From: Candidatus Micrarchaeota archaeon
Lineage (GTDB): Archaea > Micrarchaeota > Micrarchaeia > Anstonellales > Bilamarchaeaceae
Direction of reading: 5' to 3'
Length of the DNA stretch: 64,000 nt
NCBI GenBank assembly: GCA_043812915.1
Contig: JBDRLQ010000001.1
Location: 28,019-92,018 of the forward strand
The translations under genes and the position numbers were made by a program. Position 1 is the stretch's first letter, and every line of letters begins with the position of its first letter. The notes beneath the pieces were generated by a model that saw only the letters and a program-made list of their open reading frames with translations, ran no database searches and was not told the DNA's origin. This document shows, one piece after another, positions 58,154-64,000 of this stretch.

Positions 58154-59034
58154 AGCTCTTCCCTAATTTTCTTTACCAACTCTTCTCCGATTCTTAGCTG
58201 CGCTTCCTTCGTGCTCCCGCCGATATGGGGGGTCATGTAGACATTGTCCAATTCAAGCAGCTTTCCCGTGTAAGGCTCTTTGGGGAAGACATCTATGGCA
58301 GCGCAAAGCAGCTTTCCGCTCCTGCACCCATCATAGAGCGCGTCCTCTTCTATAATCTCCCCCCTTGCCAGGTTGATTATCATGGCGCCATCCCTCATCT
58401 TTGATATCGCCTCCTTGTTTATCATGTTCCTGGTCTCATCAGTCAGGATGCAGTGTATTGTGAATATGTCCGCCTTCCCGAGGAACTCATCATAATCATC
58501 AATGAATCTTACAATCCCATCCTCATGCCTCGGGGGCGGGTTATAGGCGATTACCTCCATTCCAAGCGAGTGCGCCTTCAGGCCGACCAGGTGCCCAATC
58601 CTGCCATAGCCGATTACGCCAAGGGTCTTTCCCTCTATCTCCCTGCCGACAAGGTTCTTCTTGCCCCAGATTTTGTTCTTCATCTGCACCTGGGCCTTCT
58701 GCACGTTCCTCATGCCGCATATCGCAAGCCCGATTGCCATCTCGGCGACAGCGTTGGATGAGGCCCCAGGGGTGTTGACCACCTTTATCCCGCGCCTTTT
58801 GCATTCTTCCTGGTCCACATTGTCGAGGCCTACCCCTGCCCTTGCGACAACTTTCAGATTCGGCGCTTTATCGAGGAGCTCCTTTGTGGCCTTGGTCGCG
58901 CTCCGGATTACAAGCGCTTCTGCGTCCTTTAGCGCATCCTCCAGGTTCTCCGGCCTGTAGGAAACTTCTCCAACCTCCCTGAGCAGCTCAACAACCTCGG
59001 ATTCCATGTTATCTGAAATGACTATCCTGGACAT
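58150..59034 (-). CDS. serA: D-3-phosphoglycerate dehydrogenase-like 2-hydroxyacid dehydrogenase (no ACT domain)
   Basis: RAGVGLDNVD, G.IGYGRIG, IN.ARG, DVF..EP, TPHIG.ST.EAQ. Confidence 0.85.
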   Translation of the reverse strand: MSRIVISDNMESEVVELLREVGEVSYRPENLEDALKDAEALVIRSATKATKELLDKAPNLKVVARAGVGLDNVDQEECKRRGIKVVNTPGASSNAVAEMAIGLAICGMRNVQKAQVQMKNKIWGKKNLVGREIEGKTLGVIGYGRIGHLVGLKAHSLGMEVIAYNPPPRHEDGIVRFIDDYDEFLGKADIFTIHCILTDETRNMINKEAISKMRDGAMIINLARGEIIEEDALYDGCRSGKLLCAAIDVFPKEPYTGKLLELDNVYMTPHIGGSTKEAQLRIGEELVKKIREEL

Positions 59035-59207
59035 GAGGGTAGTGATGCTGGAATGTTATTTAACGCTTTTCGGCCATCTCTGAAAAAACAAATAAACTAT
59101 TTCTATCGTCGACGTGGTAAAATTCTCAGATTGTTTTAGCATCACATGCTTTCAAAAAAAATATGTGAAATAACACTGGATTTTTTCAGAAAGGTATAAA
59201 TACATCC

Positions 59208-59552
59208 ATGTTTATAGAATATTTGTGGGAGATGGCTATGTTGGGCCAAAAAACATATGTTGGTGAAGAAATGAAAACAATCCGAAGCAGATTCATCGGG
59301 CTGACCTCTGAGCTGGAGGGCTCGATGCCCGCTGATTTTAACTGCAGGTGCGACCGACTTATCGACGTAGCAATGGAACTGAGGAACATGCTTAAGGCAG
59401 AGGAGTTAGCGCTCTCAAGAAAGGAGAAAGTGGATGTTGTGAAGATGCTTACCAGGGCGAAGGTGAAGGCTTTCATGTTGGGGACTCCCCACAGCTTCGA
59501 TACCTTCAGGGCCCTGGACTCGATAAGCAGTGATGTTATAGGGCTGCTCTGA
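59208..59552 (+). CDS. Hypothetical helical protein, paralog of 60257-60577
   Basis: Shared motifs with the downstream ORF; start uncertain. Confidence 0.7.
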   Translation: MFIEYLWEMAMLGQKTYVGEEMKTIRSRFIGLTSELEGSMPADFNCRCDRLIDVAMELRNMLKAEELALSRKEKVDVVKMLTRAKVKAFMLGTPHSFDTFRALDSISSDVIGLL

Positions 59553-59583
59553 CCAGTGCGGCCCGAAGTAAATGGTGGTATAA

Positions 59584-59994
59584 GTGAAATCAATAACTGT
59601 TGTAGCAGACGACCGCGTTGGCCTTCTGGCTGACATATCCTATATCCTCGGGAAATCAAACCTTGGCATAGAGGGTCTGACAGTCGAAGTCATCGGCGGA
59701 AAAGCGATAGTATCGCTTGAGACCAGGGATGTGGAAAAGGCCAAGGGCATACTCGAGGGGAACGGCTTTAGGACTACGAAGGCCAACACCATCGTCATCA
59801 AGGTATCCAACTACCTGAGGGCAATTGGTGAGATAAACGAGATGCTAGCCGGCGAGAAGATAAAGGTGAGGGATTTCTCATTGCTCTCATCCGACTCCCA
59901 GGATGGCATTTTCGCGCTTCTAGTCGACAAGCCGAGGAAGGCCACCCGCATGCTGAACGACTTCATCCTCGGTTCAGACGCAGCCGTATGCTGA
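59584..59994 (+). CDS. Tandem ACT-domain protein
   Basis: DRVGLLADIS..LG..N..I, A...LE..GF, followed by a second degenerate ACT. Confidence 0.88.
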   Translation: MKSITVVADDRVGLLADISYILGKSNLGIEGLTVEVIGGKAIVSLETRDVEKAKGILEGNGFRTTKANTIVIKVSNYLRAIGEINEMLAGEKIKVRDFSLLSSDSQDGIFALLVDKPRKATRMLNDFILGSDAAVC

Positions 59995-60256
59995 ATGCTT
60001 CAATAATTGTTCATGCACGGCCATAGGCTGTGCGCTCTCATTTTTCCGCTTTTTTTGCCTCTAGCCGCGCTCCCTTACATAAGTGTCTGGCAACAATGGA
60101 TTGGCCTTTTAAGTGTACCTAGTACCTTATATTATGAATTATCTTCCACCTTTCCATATATGTTGCTGATAACATTCCATTTATAAATGATTTAATTTTG
60201 AGCACACTTTTCATGCGAATAGATATATATAGCCCCACTGCTGCAGTAAGTTTGAG

Positions 60257-60577
60257 GTGGGGATTATGAATATGTTTAAAACACTGCTGAATGGAGGGGA
60301 CGAAAATCCAAGGGTCAAGTTCCTTGGGCTCACTGCGTCACTTGTTGGTGTGGATGAGATGGATGAGACGCGATGCGGCCTTCTGGTGGATACGGTCGTC
60401 AAGCTTCGAAACCTGCTTGGAACCGGAAGGCTTGCGCTCTCATCCGAGGAGAAGAGACACCTGATGGTGATGCTCAACAGCGTCAAGGTGCGCGCTTTCA
60501 TGCGTGGCACCCGGCAGGCATTCACCACATTCCAGACACTGGATGCCGTTGGCAATGATGTGGAAAGGCTGCTATAG
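60257..60577 (+). CDS. Hypothetical helical protein, paralog of 59208-59552
   Basis: GAGGTG RBS; shared motifs with the upstream paralog. Confidence 0.7.
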   Translation: MGIMNMFKTLLNGGDENPRVKFLGLTASLVGVDEMDETRCGLLVDTVVKLRNLLGTGRLALSSEEKRHLMVMLNSVKVRAFMRGTRQAFTTFQTLDAVGNDVERLL

Positions 60578-60713
60578 TCTGTTACGGGTGGGCAGCTGGA
60601 GTGGCCCTTTTGTTGGCGGGGCCATCCGGCAGTTTCATCCTTAAAAAACAAGAATCTCCTTTGAGGCTTTTCCGTTGTTCACCTAGGGGTTAACCTCAAA
60701 GGCTTTGCTTTTT

Positions 60714-62096
60714 TTATTCGGCCGTTCTCTGTCTTAGTGACAAGAGCACTCTGGATTCAGTCCTGTCCTCGAAATCCATACCGTCGATATTGACGAAATT
60801 CCTTGTCGGGACCGCATCCATGTCGGCGGTGGTCATGTGCCTCCTGGCACTTCCCCCGCCTATTTCTCCAAGTCCTATCTGGCCGCTGTCAATGGCGTTC
60901 GTGATTTCTTCGGCCTGCTCTCCTCCGACAAGTTCTTCCAGTCTCCGTCTTAGGCTGGCGGCTATCTGTGCCCGTTCCTCCTCGCTCAAGCGCGCTTCAG
61001 CGACCCTTTTTTCGCCTCTTCTCCTTTCAGTCTCCTGCCTGCCCCGCTGCTCGCCGAACATCCTCTGGATAAGGAGCTGGTGGATTACTGCGCCTGTGTC
61101 CATTTTCGAGTATTCTGATTCTGATTTGTTGGCTCCTCCTGCCAGGTCCTCTGAGGATAGGCCAAACTGGCCCATATCGAGGATTTCATCAACGTCTGAT
61201 GCGCTGTAGCCCGCGGCACGGCTAGTCTCCCTGATGGCCTCACCATGCATCTGGACCACTTCCCCCAGGCTCCTCGACTGGCCATCATTGGCGTATGACT
61301 GCTTGATTCCGTTTCTTAGGTCCAGGAGCGAGCTCCTAACTGCGTCCCTCTCCCCGAGCTGCTGCCTCTGCTCTCCGTTTCTTCGGACAGCTCTGGCGAG
61401 CCTGCCAGCTTCCTCCTGGTCATCATTTCTGATGGCAGCCCCATAATCCTGGGAAATCTCGTCACTAAGGGACCTGTGGTAGCTGAGCATGAGCCTCTCA
61501 AAAAGGTCTGAATTGATGATCGAATCCATCTGCGCCTCTGTTAGCAGCGGGGGGCGGTCGATTTCCCTTTCTCCAAGCCCGTGAATCACTCTCTCGAAAG
61601 ACTCTCTATCCCCCCTCGAGGCTGCCTCGACAAGCTGCTGGGCAACCTCTGTCTGGGAAATCACTTCCTGGGCATCCGTGTCTATTGCCGGCTCTGCAAT
61701 GTCCGGCCTTTCATCCATCGACTGCCGAAGGCGCATGAAATAGTCTGATTCTATGACGGCTCTTGCCTGGTCTCCCGTCAGTACCGCTTCCATCCCTCCC
61801 TGCTGGGGGGCTGCCAGGTTCAGGATGTACTGGTTGAAGCCCTCCTGGTCGTTATCTCGTGCAAACTGGTCAATCTCCTGCCTGCTGTCCGGATTTGCCA
61901 GGACTTGGGCTGCTTCGTGGTCAACCTCGGGAGGAGTTTCCACTCTGATCTGTGCGATTGATGCGATGAATGGAGTATTACCTACAAGAATTTCACGAGC
62001 CCTCTCTTGATGGGCCGTAGCTGTATCGTCAATTCTTTCCCTAATCCCAATGTCAGTTGAAAAAAGCATTCCGCCGCCGGGTTCTTCGCCTACCAT
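60714..62096 (-). CDS. Hypothetical acidic helical protein with internal tandem duplication
   Basis: 460-aa ORF; two similar ~65-75-aa blocks. Confidence 0.65.
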   Translation of the reverse strand: MVGEEPGGGMLFSTDIGIRERIDDTATAHQERAREILVGNTPFIASIAQIRVETPPEVDHEAAQVLANPDSRQEIDQFARDNDQEGFNQYILNLAAPQQGGMEAVLTGDQARAVIESDYFMRLRQSMDERPDIAEPAIDTDAQEVISQTEVAQQLVEAASRGDRESFERVIHGLGEREIDRPPLLTEAQMDSIINSDLFERLMLSYHRSLSDEISQDYGAAIRNDDQEEAGRLARAVRRNGEQRQQLGERDAVRSSLLDLRNGIKQSYANDGQSRSLGEVVQMHGEAIRETSRAAGYSASDVDEILDMGQFGLSSEDLAGGANKSESEYSKMDTGAVIHQLLIQRMFGEQRGRQETERRRGEKRVAEARLSEEERAQIAASLRRRLEELVGGEQAEEITNAIDSGQIGLGEIGGGSARRHMTTADMDAVPTRNFVNIDGMDFEDRTESRVLLSLRQRTAE

Positions 62097-62140
62097 GAAG
62101 AAGATAGGTAATGAAAATTAAAAAATAGATATGGAGCAGA

Positions 62141-62968
62141 TTATCTGCTCGCAACCTGAATGGGGTCACTGATTCTCCTTGCGGCTCCTGTAGAATCCCC
62201 TACCCAGACTCTTGCAGCTCCTACCTCTGTAGCACATACCGGACAGACTGAAACTGCCACTGCGAGTTGGAAGCCATCCCTCTGACCTATGATATCTCCT
62301 GCTGCATTGACTGGCTGTACGAAGATATTGAATCTGCTAGAATTCTGCTGATGAACTGTGAAAGCCACTCTATCTAAAGAGCCTCCCAGTTGTGCCATGG
62401 CGGTTGCAAGGTCATCCAGGCTAAGTTCACCTTCTCTTGTTGGTGTTCGGAAAGATAGCATGTTGACCGGTCCCCCATCAGTCCGCGTCATTCCAAGGAA
62501 GACAGTAACTGTAACAGGCCCTCCCTGAATTCCATTTACTGGGTCTTCTGCTTGCGAAGGTATCCTCACAGCGTTACTATATGTCGCATCAGCTGGAATC
62601 CTTCCAACTCCTGGTATGTGCTCTCTAGTGACCCACGCACCTCCACGTCTGTCGTGGTTGTAGTGAGCAGCATCAGTAGATGCATCAAGCGTCGCAAGTG
62701 ATACTGGCAGTCTTACATCCTGGGCTTCAACCCCACCACGGTTTCCAGCCTGTGCTTCCTTCGGAGCGCTCAAGGCCGTAAGACCAACAGCCCCCCCTAC
62801 GACCAGCGCCGGAGCTGAGACTGCCAGAGTCATGCCGACAAGTACTCTATTTGATGTCCTGAACAAGCGTGCCTTGGCCCTCTCTGCCATTGCCCTGGCG
62901 GTATCCCTGACTGTGCCGGGTCTTCCGGCTTCGCCAGCGGTTCCGTGCTTTAATGTTCTATTTGTCAT
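62141..62968 (-). CDS. Hypothetical membrane-anchored or secreted protein
   Basis: Basic N-terminus, one hydrophobic segment, GGAGG RBS, TTTATAAA upstream. Confidence 0.65.
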   Translation of the reverse strand: MTNRTLKHGTAGEAGRPGTVRDTARAMAERAKARLFRTSNRVLVGMTLAVSAPALVVGGAVGLTALSAPKEAQAGNRGGVEAQDVRLPVSLATLDASTDAAHYNHDRRGGAWVTREHIPGVGRIPADATYSNAVRIPSQAEDPVNGIQGGPVTVTVFLGMTRTDGGPVNMLSFRTPTREGELSLDDLATAMAQLGGSLDRVAFTVHQQNSSRFNIFVQPVNAAGDIIGQRDGFQLAVAVSVCPVCATEVGAARVWVGDSTGAARRISDPIQVASR

Positions 62969-63136
62969 ACAAACCCCCTCCTTTATTCACACAACATCCC
63001 GTACTAATAGCTGCATTTCTCCTTTATAAATATGCCTTTTTTCTGTATTTTTTACAGGCAATTGACGAAATTATGTGGGACGCACCTAAAATCGGGAAAA
63101 AGCTGTTATTTTCATGTTTGGTCAGGAAAAAACACA

Positions 63137-64000
63137 TTATTCTTCATCTAGCGGGCAGGCATGAAGCCGGTTAGATGATTCATAGTCGCCGCTTCTATAA
63201 GCCAGATAATATTGTGATATTCCAAGAATGGGCTGGGGCCATCCCCCGTTTGTTGCAACAAGATGAACCTCACCATTGGACAAATCCATAGTATAAATCA
63301 TCTCCATTGACCAGTCCCTGAATGCTATTCGATTTCCCCATATATGGACCGTTTCGGCTGTTTGGGGCCAATAATCATAGAGGGGCAACTCCGAGGTAAT
63401 TCCTGATACAATGCTATGCACAAAAATGCTGCCTCTCTGTGTGCCTCCAGCATCATCATTGAATACAATCCTATCTCCAAAAATCTGGATGGGAACGGAC
63501 ATTTCATTTATTTCTCGATAGTTGCTTATCTGTTCCCAATATCCCTCATCCACATCAAAGTACCATAGACTACTTTCCCGCTCCATGTTTGTCAATATTG
63601 CTGCCAGTCGTGAACCTTGGAATGCCCAATTACTGACTGCATTTCTATGAATATCAACATCTGAGTATTCATCAGGAAATGGAATGTCGGTAACTTCTCC
63701 TGATAGGACGTCAATCAGCCTAAACTGACATACTTCCTGGTCAGTTTCAGAAATTCTTCTCCTTTTGATAACTACCCGATTACCATCTATGTCCCAGTTC
63801 CAACCTGTATCTACTAATTGCAGCATTCCTTCTTGCATGTTGTAGATGCAGAGATTATAGTAGTTCAAATCATCTCCGCTTTCTCCCCCATTCAGAGTGA
63901 TGAAATTACCGGAAATGCGAGAGTTTCTATCCAAGAGAATGGCGCATTCACTATCGCCTTCAATCTGATGTCTCTCTCCAGTGGTGATGTTGGTGTAAAC
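63137..64000 (-). CDS. Beta-propeller (TolB-like) repeat protein, 5'-truncated
   Basis: Frame stays open to the window end; repeated I.GNR(V/I)..., Y..D...G motifs; AT-richer than the bulk. Confidence 0.65.
   Translation of the reverse strand, partial: VYTNITTGERHQIEGDSECAILLDRNSRISGNFITLNGGESGDDLNYYNLCIYNMQEGMLQLVDTGWNWDIDGNRVVIKRRRISETDQEVCQFRLIDVLSGEVTDIPFPDEYSDVDIHRNAVSNWAFQGSRLAAILTNMERESSLWYFDVDEGYWEQISNYREINEMSVPIQIFGDRIVFNDDAGGTQRGSIFVHSIVSGITSELPLYDYWPQTAETVHIWGNRIAFRDWSMEMIYTMDLSNGEVHLVATNGGWPQPILGISQYYLAYRSGDYESSNRLHACPLDEE

Noticed and set aside
1..64000. Many antisense and overlapping ORFs in the track (e.g. 797-1291, 19808-20980, 37295-37930, 55181-56212)
   Set aside because: They shadow well-supported genes on the other strand or frame and have no recognisable motifs
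1..64000. CRISPR or TIGR-like repeat arrays, rRNA genes, transposases, integrases
   Set aside because: No periodic repeats or diagnostic motifs seen by eye; the C/D-like RNAs are single units

Overview
A gene-dense archaeal chromosomal segment. Archaeal markers include a class I CCA-adding enzyme, PCNA, aIF5B, archaeal-type SAM synthetase, Ogg2, FtsZ, TATA-like promoters and GGTG-type ribosome-binding sites. Gene content and the many lineage-specific hypothetical proteins suggest a DPANN, probably Micrarchaeota-like, organism (inference). Housekeeping genes include purD, purQ, pyrG, pckA, rad50, corA, NAD kinase, a serA-like dehydrogenase, tRNA-Arg(CCG) and tRNA-Val(GAC). Highlights: (1) an unannotated, unusually long box C/D-like RNA (29594-29718, minus) whose two guides are complementary to the 16S decoding site (C1402) and the 16S 3' end, with a ~75-nt structured insert; (2) an AT-rich Fic islet bounded by an 11-bp duplication of that RNA's 3' end; (3) a second C/D sRNA candidate matching the 23S P-loop; (4) a Ced/T4SS-like cluster (CedA/VirB6-like membrane protein, split VirB4/HerA-like ATPase, coiled-coil winged-helix protein); (5) a receptor-like lipoprotein ending in a Roadblock-like domain; (6) several surface proteins with a Cys-TM-basic C-terminal sorting-like signal; (7) an orphan 4-PAS hybrid histidine kinase, a PP2C-like phosphatase and a pseudokinase. 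No CRISPR array, rRNA gene, integrase or transposase was seen. All calls come from reading motifs by eye; no searches were run.
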